From positions 79,997,080 to 80,052,639 of the forward strand of contig NC_057719.1 of the NCBI RefSeq assembly GCF_004010195.1: a stretch of DNA of 55,560 nucleotides, read 5' to 3'. Under the pieces are notes generated by a model, which worked only from the letters and a program-made list of their open reading frames with translations, was not told the DNA's origin and did not search any database. Shown here in pieces: positions 23,340-35,720 of the stretch. The position numbers and the translations under genes were made by a program. The DNA is from Chiloscyllium plagiosum (lineage: Eukaryota). How positions within the stretch are numbered: position 1 is the stretch's first letter; every line of letters starts with the position of its first letter.

Positions 23340-24820
23340 GCGCAAAAAAACCGAAAGAACTGCGGAAGCTGGAAATCTGAAACAAAAACGGAAATCACTA
23401 GAACGTCTCAGCAGGTCTGGCAGCATCTGAGAAGAGAAATCAGAGTTAGCGTTTCGAGTCCTGAGACCCTTCCTCAGAACTGATGGTAGCTAGGAAAAGG
23501 ATGATTTTTATGTAGAAGACAGAGTGGAAAGAGAAAGACAAAAACAGCTGGACAGACAAAAGAGTGAATAAAGGTCAGCCTGGGTGAATGAATAGCTGCT
23601 ACAGGGGACAATTAGTGGCTAACAATGGGTTGTGTGTAATAGACTATATGATAACAAGGCCAGATGTGTGGGGTTTAGAGTAAAGACATGGGAAAGCTCA
23701 AATCTTAAGTTGGCGGACTCGATGTTGAGTCCAGAAGGCTGTAGGTTATTCAAGTGGAAGAGGAGCTGTTCTTCCAGATTGCACTGAGCTGCACTGGAGC
23801 ATTGCAGCAAGCCTGAGACAGAGATGTTGGCCAGGGATCAGGGTGGTGCATTGAAGAGGCAGGCAATTGGAAGCACAGGGTCATTTTTGTGGGCAGAATG
23901 TAGGTGTTCTGCAACGTGGTCACTCAGTCTACGCTTAGTGTCCCCAGTGTAGAGGAGACCACACTGTGAGCAGCGAATGCAGTAGACCAGATTGTGGGAA
24001 GTGCAGGTAAAGCTCTGCTTCACCTGGAAGGTCTGGTTTGGGCGCTTGGATACTGAGGAGGGAGGAACTAAGCGGGCAGGTACGACACTGTCTGCTGTAG
24101 CGGGGGAAGGTGCAGTGGGGGTTTGGTGTTGTGGGGGACATGTTGAGGAGGAGTGGACCAGGGTGTCCTGTCCTTGCAGAAGGCTGAGCAGGGAAGGGAG
24201 GGGAACATGTGTCACATGGTGACAGCTGGAGGGGACGGAAATGGTAGCTAATGATCCTCTGGATGTGGATGCTGGTGTGATAGTGAGGACAAGGGGGACC
24301 GTATCATTGTGGCAGGAGGAAATAGAAGGGGTGAGGGCTGAAGTGCAGGAGATGGGTCAGACCCAGCTGAGTGCCCTGTTAACTATGGCACTGGGGAATC
24401 ATCGGTTGAGGAAGAAGTTGGACATTTCGGAGGCTCCCTTGTCGAAGGTCTTTTCATCAGAACAGATGCAATGGAGATGGAGGAACTGGGAGAATGGAAT
24501 AGAGACTTTACAGGAAGCAGGGTGCGATGATGTATAATCAAGGTAACTGTGGGAGTCAGTGGGTTTGTCGTGGATGTTAGTGACCAGTCTATCTCCAGAA
24601 ATGGAAACAGATGCCGAGGAAAGGAAGGGAGGACTCAGAGATGAAGGTGAGAGCTGGGTGGAAATTGGAAGTGAAATAGATAAACCTTTCCAATTCCAGA
24701 TGAGAGAGGGAAGCAGCACCGATGATATATCAGAGAAAGATGTGTGTGAATGGGGGGCTGGAGTAGGAATGGAAAAAGGAATGTTTTACATATACCCCAC
24801 AAAGAGACAGGCATAACTGG
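23340..24820 (-). mobile_element. Penelope-like element (RT C-terminal half, GIY-YIG endonuclease, pLTR)
   Basis: DRLVTNIHDKPTDSHSYLDYTSSHPASCKVSIPFSQF and FTCTSHNLVYCIRCSQCGLLYTGDTKRRLSDHVAEHL. Hammerhead-like core at 23451-23477. Confidence 0.9.
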
Positions 24821-26044
24821 GGCCCATTGTGGCATTTCTACAGTGATTTTAACATAGTAAGTTACATCGTCCTTCACAGAAATGTTGTGAAATAAAATCA
24901 ATATCAAGTCACATAAGGAGGTGATCAATGAGGTGTCTTAACGTTGGGGAAGAGGTGTCTTGGGAAACTCTAAAGCATGAATGTAGAATCCTGGAGACCT
25001 TCTCTGTCAATGGTAAGGTGAATAAAATCAGAGCTGCACAAGAGGACAGAATTGGAGGCGGACGGTGTTGTTGGAGAGTGTTGGGGCTTGAGGAGGTTCC
25101 AAAGATAGAAAGGGAGAAAAGAGTTTGATGGATTGAAAACCAATGATGAGAATTTTAAAATTGAGGCTTTGCCAACCAAGAGGGAATGCGACTCTGTAGA
25201 CACAGGGTTGGTAAGTGACAGGATTTGGTGCATGCTGGGACAAGGGCAGCCAAGGTCTGGATAACCTCAGGATATTGTTGCAAGTGCAAGGTTGGAGGGC
25301 CTGCGGGAGAGGAGAGAGAAAAGCGAGCACCGTGCTAAAACGTGATGGAGCAGAGTACTTTGATGGAACTGATGGGGTTAACTGTGCCTGTCAGATAAAC
25401 GGAAAATTCTGCTGCTGTTATTTTTAGCGATAGAGGGTCCCTAATGATTAATGAAGGAATGAAGTACAAGGCCTGCATTGTTTTCTCTGTCTGTCTACAC
25501 GTGTCCTGCCCCTGGGCCTGAAACCTAATCCCCAGCTGCAGCTTGACCTTTGTATGAGCTGAGGTCAGCAGAATATAGAGATATGCCTAGACTCCCCAAC
25601 TTCACTTTAACCCTTCAGATACTCAGCTTACTAATGGAGCTCTGAAGAGCAGCCAAACAACTGGTGTTAAGGAAGTAATAACATTTATCAACCGATCAAG
25701 TTTTTGAAAAGTTATTTGCTCCTGGGATAAATGTATTTATTACCGAGTGACATCAACTATATCATGGGTGAGAAACAGAGTTTTATCGCCAATTTCATCA
25801 CCGTGACAATGAGCCCTGAAACTCCCTCCCAACTTTTCTGGTTCTCTACTTCCTTCTCCTCTATGACACACCATTCGATGAAAAGCAAATGTGGATTTAT
25901 ATGGTGTGTTTCATGATCTCATGAAGCAAATTACTTCAGAACAAATGGTGAAGTATAGTTGCTGTTACAATGTAGAAAATGTGGCAGCTAATTTGCACGC
26001 AGCAACTCCCCACATACAAGTATGTGATATGAGTATATATATAA

Positions 26045-26375
26045 TCTGGCTGATAGTGGCAATGTCACTGGTACGAGTAACACAAGTGGTTTCAAATCCA
26101 CTGTGGTCGCTGGTTGGAATTTAAGTTCAAGGGATAATAACCATGTCAAATGTAATGATTATTGTTAATTATAATACACTGATTGTTGTAAGAAACAGTC
26201 TCATTCACTGATGCCCTTTAGGGAAGGAAATCTGCAGACCGTATGTGGTGCGGCCTACACGTGACTCCAAACCTACAGCAATTTAACTGCCTTCTGAAAT
26301 GGTTTAGAAAGACAATTAGGGGGTGGGCAACAAATCCTGGCCTTGCCCATGACACCCACATCCCCTGGACGAATT
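26045..26375 (+). mobile_element. Old tRNA-derived SINE (second family)
   Basis: GGTTTCAAATCC box and CCTTTAGGGAAGGAAATCTGC core. 3' tail shared with the LINE end at about 13500. Another copy at about 45443-45710. Confidence 0.65.
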
Positions 26376-26409
26376 AGTCACGCACTCCTGCGAAAGCAAG
26401 GAGAGAGAA

Positions 26410-26595
26410 ATCGACTGCTCTTCAGGTCGTGGGGAGGGCAGATGGGTGTAATATCTTGTCTGAGAGGGCGGTGCAGCACTCCCTCAGCGCCCCCACTGGG
26501 AACCGCCGGCCCAGATTCTGTGCCACCCTGAGTGAGACTGACACACACAATCTTCTGGATTGGGAGGCTGACTGTATGGGCCAGACTGAGTCAGG
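26410..26595 (-). mobile_element. Old DeuSINE-like fragment
   Basis: The reverse complement contains CTGAGGGAGTGCTGCAC, which I recall as the 5' region of Deu-domain SINEs. Not database-verified. Confidence 0.45.
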
Positions 26596-27699
26596 GTGAG
26601 AAGAATCTCCGTCTGCTCCTTTTAAAAAATAAATCCGATGCCGCATTCTGGCGTGTGTCCCCTCCTCCTCTGCAGGCATCACTAACCCACATTGAGGTTA
26701 TTCACCCTCTAGTGCCTCGTCTCCGTGAGTCTAGCTAGGTGGGCTGTTTGGCAAGGGGGTGAGCAAGCTTATTAGCCGTGCCTTCTATCCATGGCTTAGT
26801 TGTCTGTCACCGCTTGCAAACTTGGCTTGTTTGTCAAAGAAGGGCTACATGTCTGTGGTGGCGCAAAACCAGTGGAGTCGGATTCCAAGAAAAGAGAGAG
26901 AAAGTTTAAAAAAAAACTCAGGGCAAAACAATAACAACCAGTCCCATTAATGTCCAAGAATTAGCAGTGCACGTATCCCTGACAGCAGCTGTGTACTGGC
27001 TCTGTGAGAGAGTGTAGAATTGGCCCATTGAGCTCCTCGAGGTTTAAGCCTGCTGCAAGGCACTAGCTAAAACTGTGCTATCAAGTTGCATAAATTGTCA
27101 GGCCAGACACAGAAGTCATTTTCCACCCTGCTTCCATTCAGCATTGGTTGAGGTGCAGGTGGCAGTCTGTGAGTTCTCAAACTGGTCAACACTGTCCCCT
27201 GTTGGACTCTTGTTGCAAGAACAACTAATTAAGCATGGAATAGGCCATTCAGTCCCTTGAGCCTGTCATTCATCACGATCATGGTTTATCTGTTCATGGC
27301 TTTAAACCTACTTTTACTGCATGTACTCCATGACCCCCTGACACTCTTGTCAATCCCAGAGATGAGAAACATTGATAGCTGGATGAGTGAAGTAACTGGA
27401 CAGAGGCCGGTATCCTATCACCAAGTCACTCTTTATTTACTTGTGCACAGTACACTGGAAGAGGTACACAGTTTCCTGGAGGGAAAATTAACATGAACAC
27501 CACAAGAGGGAAAGAGAACCTCTCCAATTTTGTTCTCTTCAATAACCAAGAGTATTGGCTCCACACTGGCTGTGGGGTTGCACAGCACCTGTCCACCATG
27601 TACTTATAACTGCCATGTGCTTGCTAGTACAGCTGTAATCCATGAAGAGGGATTTATAAGACCATATTGAATTATGAAGGGAATAATTCATAATTATTG

Positions 27700-28015
27700 A
27701 ATTATTCATAAGCAGTGAGATTGTTTCCACTGGTGGGTGAAACTAGAACTAGCGGGGGATAGCCTCAAAATAAGGGAGAACAGATTTAAGACTGAGTTGA
27801 CGAGGAACTTCTTCACCCAAAGGAATGTGAATTCCCTGCTCAGTGAAGCAGTTGAGGCTACCTTGTTGAAGGTTTTTAAGGCAAAGGTAGATAGATTTTT
27901 GAACTGTAAAGGAATTAAGGTTATGGAGTGAGGGCAGGTAAGTGGAGCTGAGTCCACAAAAAAGATCAGCCATGGTCTTAAGGAATGGCAGAGTACGTTC
28001 GAGGGGCCAAACTGC
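27700..28015 (+). mobile_element. CR1 LINE 3' fragment
   Basis: SLKIRENRFKTELTRNFFTQR...VEATLLKVFKAKVDRFL. Confidence 0.8.
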
Positions 28016-29559
28016 AGCTGGTTTGCAAATCTCTGCACTGAGGAAGCTATTGTTGTAATGTAGGAAATGTGGCATGAAATTTGGGTACAGTGAGATCCCA
28101 GAAACCTAAGATGATAACGAACAGATCGATTACAATTGTTGCAAGCAGTTGCAAAACACAAAAGCCAAATTTGCACCTCAGGATCTATGGGTTTTTTGGA
28201 TTTGGTGGGGAGGAGGGTGTTGGGGATGGGGTGGAATGGGAAACTGTTGCATTTTTCGAATAGCGACTTGACCTAGTCCAGGAGGGTGACAATTTATCTG
28301 CAGAACTCCACTGGAACCATTGTGCATTGTGATGAAGCCAAGGTATTTGTATTTGACGGCATTCCCAGGCTGCACCCACTTCCGTGAAATTTGACAAAGA
28401 ATACTTGGATGACTTGAATGGGGAGCATAACCACCAGCGGGAACCTGTTGACCTGTTCTGGGATGTTTGTCAGGTAAGTCTTGGTAATGGAGAAGCTGAA
28501 TTGGGAAGGAAAGGTTGTTCTTGTGTGGACAAGTAGGGTGGGAAGGACAGGGTGCAAATTGCATCGAAATGTTGTGACCTACACCTCTTATACTGACATC
28601 TATGGGCAGGAAAGACCACTGTCTGAGGTCTTCCTACTGAAGTTAAATGGGAATCATTCAGTTTTCGGACCCTCCTGGTGTCTAGTTTTATACAAGTGGG
28701 GGATGCCTTGTTGGATAGAGTTAAACTCCAATGTTTGCTTGTTTTCCTCATATACTATTGTACCAAACTGTGTTTGTGACTTTGTATACATAAATATAAA
28801 GAGATTTTTAATGAATAAAGTATATTATTGAAAATAAAAGAACCCATAACTGGAGGCTTGCATTACAGTATAACCACAACAGAATTAAGCCCTTCCCCAA
28901 ATCTAGCCTGCAGGCATTCAGTTAACACCACTAACATCTTCCCATAGAATTTCAGTTTCTCCCGAGTTAAATCAAGATCATTTTACCCAGCTTTAACATT
29001 TGTGATCCCACTTTGAGGAAAAGACCCGAGATTTCTTGGGGTGATACGTAAATCAAATGCATGGAAACACTCAGCATCCTAAGTTGCACCTGTAGAGAGA
29101 AAGTCAAGTGTTGGTGTTTCAGGTGTGGGACCAGGCATCAGATGGCCTGCCCAGGAATCCCAGCACTTTCTGTTTTTATTTCAGATTTCCAGATTGTCAG
29201 GTGATGCACTGACCCACACAAATTGTTTCACTCATAACAAATCAACATGGTTGAAACGCTTTGAGATATATTAATACAGTAAAGCTCGAGGTAAACGTTT
29301 GAGCCAATATTGCCCTCTGCTGGAAGAGGGAAAGATCTGTTGAAGAGAGATACTAGGAAGAGTGGTGTGCTTCATATGATTATTTTGAATGGTGTAAAAG
29401 TTGTGTAAAATCAGGAAATGTTCAGTGACTATTTTGGCCACTTTTATGGACACTGGGAGAGGATGGCTACCCATCCCCTCATGTTACAGGTCCCGTTCCA
29501 GCAGCTAACGTCATTTTGCCAGTCTCCTGGGATATCCCAGTCTGCAGCTGCACTGAGAG

Positions 29560-30430
29560 AGAGTGAGGACTGCAGAGTTTGGAGATCCGAGTTGAAGACT
29601 GTGATGCCTGAAAAGCACAGCCGGTTAGGCAACATCTAAGGAGCAGGAGAGTCGACAGTTCAAGCATAAGCGCTTGAGCAGGAATGAGGGTGTGGTGCAA
29701 GGGGGCTGAGAGATAAATGGGAGGGTGGGGGTAGGGGTGGGGGGAAGGTAGCAGGGAATGCGATAGGTAGGTGAAGGTGGGGGTGAAGGTCAGAGAGGAG
29801 GGTGGAGCAGATAGGTGGGAAAGAAGATGGACAGTTCAAGAGGGTGGTGTCATGTTGGGATAAGGTGAGGTGAGGGGAAATGAGGAAACTGGTGAATTGA
29901 TCCCATGTGGTTGGAGGGTCCCAAAGCGGAAGATGAGGCATTCTTCCTCCAGGCGTCAGGTGGCTAGGGTTTGGCAGTGGAGGAGGCCAGGTCTTGCATG
30001 TCCTTAGCGGAATGGGAGGGTGAGGGGTTAAAGTTTTCGGCCACAGGGTGGTGGATATGTTTAGTGTGGGTGTCCCAGAAATGTTCTCTGCAACGTTCCG
30101 CAAGTTGACGTCCCGTCTCCTCAATGGAGAAGAGACCACATCAAGAGCAACGGACACAGTAGATGACGTGTGTGGAAGTACAGGTAAATCTCTGTTGGAT
30201 GTGGAAAGAATCTTTGGGGCCTTGGACGGAGGTGAAGGGCAAAGTGTGGGCTTAGGTTTTGCACTTCTTGATTTGGCAGGGGAAGGTGCCGGGAGTGGAG
30301 GGTGGGCTGGTGGGGGGTGTGGACCTAACAAGGGAGTCACGGAGGGAATGGTCTCTGCGGAATGCAGGCAGGGGTGGGGAAGAAAATATATCCCTGGTGG
30401 TGGGTTCTCTTTGTAGGTGGTGGAAATGGA
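29560..30430 (-). mobile_element. PLE 3' half (GIY-YIG region plus pLTR), decayed
   Basis: Homologous to 23340-24300 and 53169-54293. Ends in the GTGAGGACTGCAG terminus. Confidence 0.8.
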
Positions 30431-30449
30431 GCTACACTGAGTCTTGCTC

Positions 30450-30760
30450 ATAGAGTCATAGATCATATATCATAGATCATTTAGCACAGAAACAGAGTCC
30501 TCAGTTCCTTTGCCGAACATAATCCCAAACTAAACTAATCCCAACTGGCTTCTGCTGGCCCATATCCCTCCAAACCTTTCATATTCATGTACTTATCCAA
30601 ATGTCTTTTAAATGTTGTAATTATACCCATACCCATCACGTCCTCAGGAAATTCATGCCACACACAAACCATCCTCCTTATAAAAAGTTTGTCCCTCGTG
30701 CCATTTTTATATCTCTCTCCTCTCATCTTAAAAATATGTTCCCTAGTCTTGAAATCTAGA
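30450..30760 (-). mobile_element. CR1 LINE 3' end
   Basis: KTREHIFKMRGERYK...ITTFKRHLDKYMNMKGLEGYGP. Confidence 0.85.
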
Positions 30761-32734
30761 AGAAATGGCACTGACGACTTGCTTTTAGGAGTTGGTGATC
30801 ACATAATAGGGTAGGGGAATGGGTCTGGGTGGGATGCTGTTCGAAGGGTCGGTGTGTACTTGTTGGCCCGAATGGCCTGTTTCCAGGCTGCAGGGATTCT
30901 ATGATCACACTTAGGCAATGTTTTGCAAGTAATATAGGTAATGAGTTTGTGAAGAAGCGGTAGTTTAGATATGAGACATGAGTTAGATAAAGTATACATC
31001 AGTGACACCTGGGGATGGTTCACTGGACCCAAATGGGCTGTTGGCGAGGAATATTTCGATCGTGTTAAAGTGGTGGGGGCAACATCCTGCTCTCCAGCCG
31101 GGATGATAGGAAACCTTTCCCTTGATCTTCCACCTCTCTTTCTGGTCTGTCTTCTATCTGCCTGATGAATATTGCTCTCTGGGGAAACTGCCCCTCCAGC
31201 CCTGAGTCTACTTTATCATTGGTCCCTGTGCAGATCCTCCACTGTGGATTTGTCCCAGCCCCTGTGCGGTTACTCCAGCATGGAATCTGGCTCCTAAACT
31301 CTCTTGGTTCCTGCACTACTCTTGTGTGCAGATGTGGCTTCTCTATTTTGTTGGTCCCAGCACAGGTCTCCCAGGTCATTTTCAGGCTGCAGAAGTACTG
31401 AGGAAATGTCATTGAGAACAATATACTGTGAACCTCCTGTAACCTCCTGCACATGCTGGCAGAACCATCAGCTCTGAGCTCTTCATTTGGAAACTGTGTG
31501 GCATCTACTAGAAGTTCGCCCAGGGGTTGCTGGTGCATCTTTTGCTGCTCAGTCTCTCCATGCCTTTGTTGCATATTTGCCCATATATATTGTCACTGAT
31601 AATGCCCCCTTGACTTCGATAGAACTGACTCCCAAGGACTGATTGTGGTTCACCTCCTCCTCCAACATTCCCCCCTCTCCAAACTAACTTGGGCAGATAG
31701 CCCCAACTAATATGTGACCAGACCCCTGACTGACCTGTGTGCAGCACCCTGACTGAATTACTCTGAATCTCACTGCAGATTAAAATGGATATAGCGGGCC
31801 TGAAATGCAATGATTCAGACCCCCTTGACCTGACTGAGAATCACTCCCCTTAGACTTTGAGACATGATCATTCACTTTAAATGCGTGCAGGATGTTTTCC
31901 ATGTACACTGCTGACATGTAGCATAGAGCAGTATAAAAACATGTTAACTCCCTTGACTGACCGCTGCTGATAATCATGAAAAGCTGCCTGACTTTCTGTC
32001 TGCACCGAAAGGCAAGGCAAGACGCAAGTACTGTGAGCCTGTAAGGTCTAGCTGAGGGAGCAAAGCACAAAACGGCAAGGCAAGACAAAGATGCTGTGAA
32101 CATCCAAACAGATACAAAGTGGGTAAGGGATAAAAGAGCAAAGTGAGGAACTCTGACATGCATCCTGTTCTAAACCCTGAAATGCACCCAGTTTCAAATC
32201 AAGTTTGATCCTTGCACCTGCCGGCACAGTGCCCTGACACCAGCTTTTCAATGAGAGGTGCCAATGCCCTGCAGTTTTGAATTGCAGAACTGGACTGTGA
32301 GTTGGGGTTGTGACATGAAGCTGCATTGAGACTGGTGGTTGTCTGATGGTATTGTCCGTGGACAGGGGACTGGGGTTGGGGAGGTTGCATGCTCTGTGAT
32401 GTTGCTGATGGGGGTTGCAGGGTGTTGCATGCCATGGAATATTGCTGCTTGGTGTCCAAATAACTCTCTGGAATCTCTAAGTTGCCGCTCTGACATTCAT
32501 GTTGGGAATTGTTTGTTGCTGTCTAGTTTCTAACAGGCAGATGGGAGAACAGAAAACTGCATTAACAATGAAATGACATTAGCTAAAAATGAGATGCTCA
32601 TGCAAGCTAATGGTTGCATATTAAGTCTCCTGCTGCTCACTAGCAAGAATTCAACATTTGGTTAGAGAATCAGATGTTTTAATTCTAGAAGTCAGGAATC
32701 TCATTTCTGTGAATTTCTCCATGATTTCCCAAAT

Positions 32735-33400
32735 TTCACATCAAATGCCCTTTCATCAGAACTGAAAGCAGCTGGGAAATGTTAGTATTTAAGCTGATGG
32801 CAGGAGGTGGAAATGGGGGGCAGTGAGGGGTGAATCGAATTGTTGGAGACAATGCCCCAAAAAAGAAAATAAAAGAAGCAAAGGGACTGCTAATGAAAGC
32901 TAGCAGAGATACATACTGAATGGGTGCAAACAGGAAGTTTGAATAGTTGAAACCTCGGAGCATCCCATACAGATCAGGACCTGGCAGTGGGTAATGAACA
33001 TGGAGGAGGATGTTCGTGCTCTGAAAAAGTTAAAAAGATACCTAGGCAGAAGATGAGGTGCAGTTCCTTCAGCTTCGCTGGAGCAATCTGGCCTAAGACA
33101 GAAACATTGACATAGTAAGACGGAAGCTTGGGGTTATTTTTACAGATAGATTGGAAGTGTTCTGAAAATCGGTCACCCAATCCATATTTTATCTTCTCAT
33201 TGTAGAGGAGACCACATTGTGAGCATTGAATACTGTAGACTAGGTTAAATGAAGTGCAGGTAAATCACTGCTCTACCTAGAAGGTGTGTCTGAGGTATTG
33301 GATAGGCAAGAGGGAGGAAGTAAACGAGCAAATGTTGCACCTTCTGAAAATGCATGGAAAGGTGTTGATAGCAGAGGAGACATTGTCCCTGCAAAATGCT
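32735..33400 (-). mobile_element. Decayed PLE 3' fragment
   Basis: Minus translation GDRFSEHFQSICKNNP...ELHLIFCLG. Homologous to the GIY-YIG region at about 23900. Confidence 0.7.
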
Positions 33401-33412
33401 GACAAGGTTCAA

Positions 33413-33543
33413 AGCTAAAAATCACACAACATCAGGTTATAGGTGAACAAGTTTATTTGGAAGTACAAGCTTTCAGAACGCTGCTCCTCAGTTGTGTGAT
33501 TTTTAACTATGTCCAACCCAGTCCTACACTGGCACTTCCACAT
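33413..33543. mobile_element. Small fold-back PLE-type insertion (third family)
   Basis: TAAAAATCACACAAC (33416-33430) is inverted to GTTGTGTGATTTTTA (33491-33505). Flanked by CAAGGTTCAA (33403-33412) and CAAGATTCAA (33544-33553). Confidence 0.6.
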
Positions 33544-33778
33544 CAAGATTCAATGTGAAGAGTGTGCAGCAAGCGAGCTAAAGGAATAGCAGCCCCTTAA
33601 TCACATGAAAGCAAAATATGGTGGATGTTAGGAATCTGAACCAAACGCAGAAACTCAGCAGGTCTGACAGCATGTGTGTGTGCGTAGAGTGAGAAAAACA
33701 AAGTTCAAATTGCTACAGGTACGACCCTCCTTTAGGAGTCAATCCCTGCAACCACCTGGAGGGCGTGGGGGGAAAGAA

Positions 33779-33803
33779 ACTACATCTACCAGAATGCACC
33801 GCG
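33779..33803 (+). promoter_or_regulatory. ZNF143/Staf binding site with ACTACA extension
   Basis: ACTACA-TCTACCAGAATGCACCGCG matches the Staf consensus YYWCCCRNMATSCMYYRCR at 18 of 19 positions. Confidence 0.75.
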
Positions 33804-34085
33804 CCGTTAGGCCACGCCTCCCCTCAGCAGCAGCCAATCAGAGGCAGGAAAAGCAAAGAGGGCAGAAAGTGGCAATTTAAAACAGGAGTTGTAAAGTCGG
33901 AGAGCAGATAGGATTGGGAATTATTTTACACATGGTGCGTGTAAAATAAGAAAAATATTTTTTTAAAAAAAGGAATTGGTTTGGTGTCAGGGTGGGTAGG
34001 GCTTGAGGGAAAGTCTAATCCAATCAGGAAAGAGGATACTCGCGGGCGAGTGACGGTTGGGTTTTGAATTGTCGGCGCGAGCAGC
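33779..34085 (+). promoter_or_regulatory. Putative BUB1B promoter (CCAAT boxes and CHR, CpG-enriched)
   Basis: CCAAT at 33834 and 34020; ATTGG at 33913 and 33975. CHR-like TTTAAA at 33876-33881 and TTTGAA at 34063-34068, followed by GGCGCGA. Locally CpG-rich, and 3 kb upstream of the first coding exon. Confidence 0.75.
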
Positions 34086-34145
34086 TCGGACACAGAGAGA
34101 AAACTCCTACACACAGAAACAAACACAGGGAAGCAGAACCACAGG
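34070..34145 (+). other. BUB1B: Putative non-coding exon 1 of BUB1B (TSS approximate)
   Basis: ATG-free segment after the CHR, ending in the donor AGG|GTAAGG (GT at 34146). Alternative donor CAG|GTAGGG at 34195. Confidence 0.6.
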
Positions 34146-34302
34146 GTAAGGGGGCCGAGACAGCGGAAACGCAGACAGAAACACGGAGGGTCAGGTAGGG
34201 GGGGTAATACAGGTGTGGAGGAAGCAGGAAGGTGGGCGAAGTGTTCGTGGCCGAGGGGGATCGGAGAGGGGAGGGGCTGGGAGGTGGGTGTGTGTGTGCG
34301 CC

Positions 34303-34429
34303 NNNNNNNNNNNNNNNNNNNNNNNNNNNNNNNNNNNNNNNNNNNNNNNNNNNNNNNNNNNNNNNNNNNNNNNNNNNNNNNNNNNNNNNNNNNNNNNNNN
34401 NNNNNNNNNNNNNNNNNNNNNNNNNNNNN
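34303..34429. other. Assembly gap (127 N) in G-rich sequence
   Basis: Run of N. Confidence 1.
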
Positions 34430-35079
34430 GGGAGTGTGGGGGGAGGTGGGGAGGAGGGGGGTGTGCGCCTGGGAGGGAATGTGGGGAGAGGGAGAGATGA
34501 GCAGTTTAGGTCTTGCTGAGTGCATTCAGTCTACCTGCTGATGGTAGTTGCAGCTTGCTGAATCTGCCCCGTTTGTCTCTGAGCCAAACGTATGAGTTTG
34601 ATGTTGTGGTCTGGAATCTATGGTGTTACAATTGATGTGTTTGTAACCTCATGGATCACAATATGTTAATTTGTATATACTGGTAGATAATAGCTAGGGC
34701 AGCTGTTTTTAGAATATAAAAGATGTCCATCTGGAGGATCCATGTTGCATTTGATATATATTGTGCCAATGCATGAGAAGTCAAATAGGTTACAAGCAGA
34801 TGGCTTATCATATGTGGGCAGTACTGGTTTCTTGAACACCCTCATGTAAGAAGCATAAAGGGATGGTACTTGTCTTGGCACCAATATTGATCTTGGCATT
34901 TGAGACCATCATGTAGAGGTAGTAGGCTTATTTGGCCCATTGTGTCTGCTTTGTCATTCAGTGAGATCATGGCTAATCTGATAATCATCTCCACGTCAAC
35001 TTCTTTCCAGTCCTAAGGAGATGTCCTTAACTTGGTACTGGGCTGGCCACGTAGTCTTTGAGGCTTGCAATCAAGTTTG

Positions 35080-35720
35080 GATAGAACAATATCTATCTTG
35101 CTAATTACACTGTCTGCTGTTTTCCATATGGCTTTAAAATCTGAACTACATGTAGACACTTTGAGTTGGATCTTCCACATCAGCTGGGAGGACAGGTGTA
35201 CTAATATTGACATGCTCAAAGTAGCCAATAGCACCAGCATTGAGGGCATAATCATTCAAAATCAATTCTGCTGTGCTGGCCTCATATTAGGATGCCTGAG
35301 TTCCAACTGCCAAAGCAAATAATCTTTACCCAACTCAACGAAGACATTTGAATAAGAGGAGTACAAAGGGAGCATTTGAAAGGCTCCCCTGAAAGCTTCC
35401 CTCAAAATGCAACAAGAATGTCAACATGTGGGAAACCCTTGTTGAGAAGAAACTGATTTGGAGGAAGCTCCTGTATGAACAGGGCAATTCTTCAAAACTT
35501 GTCAACAAGAGTACAGAAAAGGAACCAGATAAAGGAATACCAGCAAATTCAAGACTAAGAAACAATTCCACACTCTGGAAACATCTGCCAGATGTGTCAG
35601 TGATGCTGCTCCAGGACCAGGATAATCAGCCACTCAAGGATCTACAGAATCCATGACCAGTGATCTGGAGTTTCCAAGGTGGACATTTATACATGTTAAT
35701 GAGTGATTGCTGATGACTGT
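35080..35720 (+). mobile_element. Decayed RTE-type LINE 3' fragment (intron 1)
   Basis: HISWEDRCTNIDMLKVANSTSIEGIIIQNQF...RMPEFQLPKQI resembles RTE motifs I.W.D..TN..VL and RM...RLPKQ. Confidence 0.7.

Noticed and set aside
28030..28840. Possible Tx1/L1-like 3' end (ATGAATAAAGTATATT plus A-rich tail)
   Set aside because: Too decayed to assign without a database search.
1..33700. Neighbouring host gene upstream of BUB1B (BMF is the human neighbour)
   Set aside because: I could not recognise any BMF-like or other host peptide. Small or divergent exons could have been missed.
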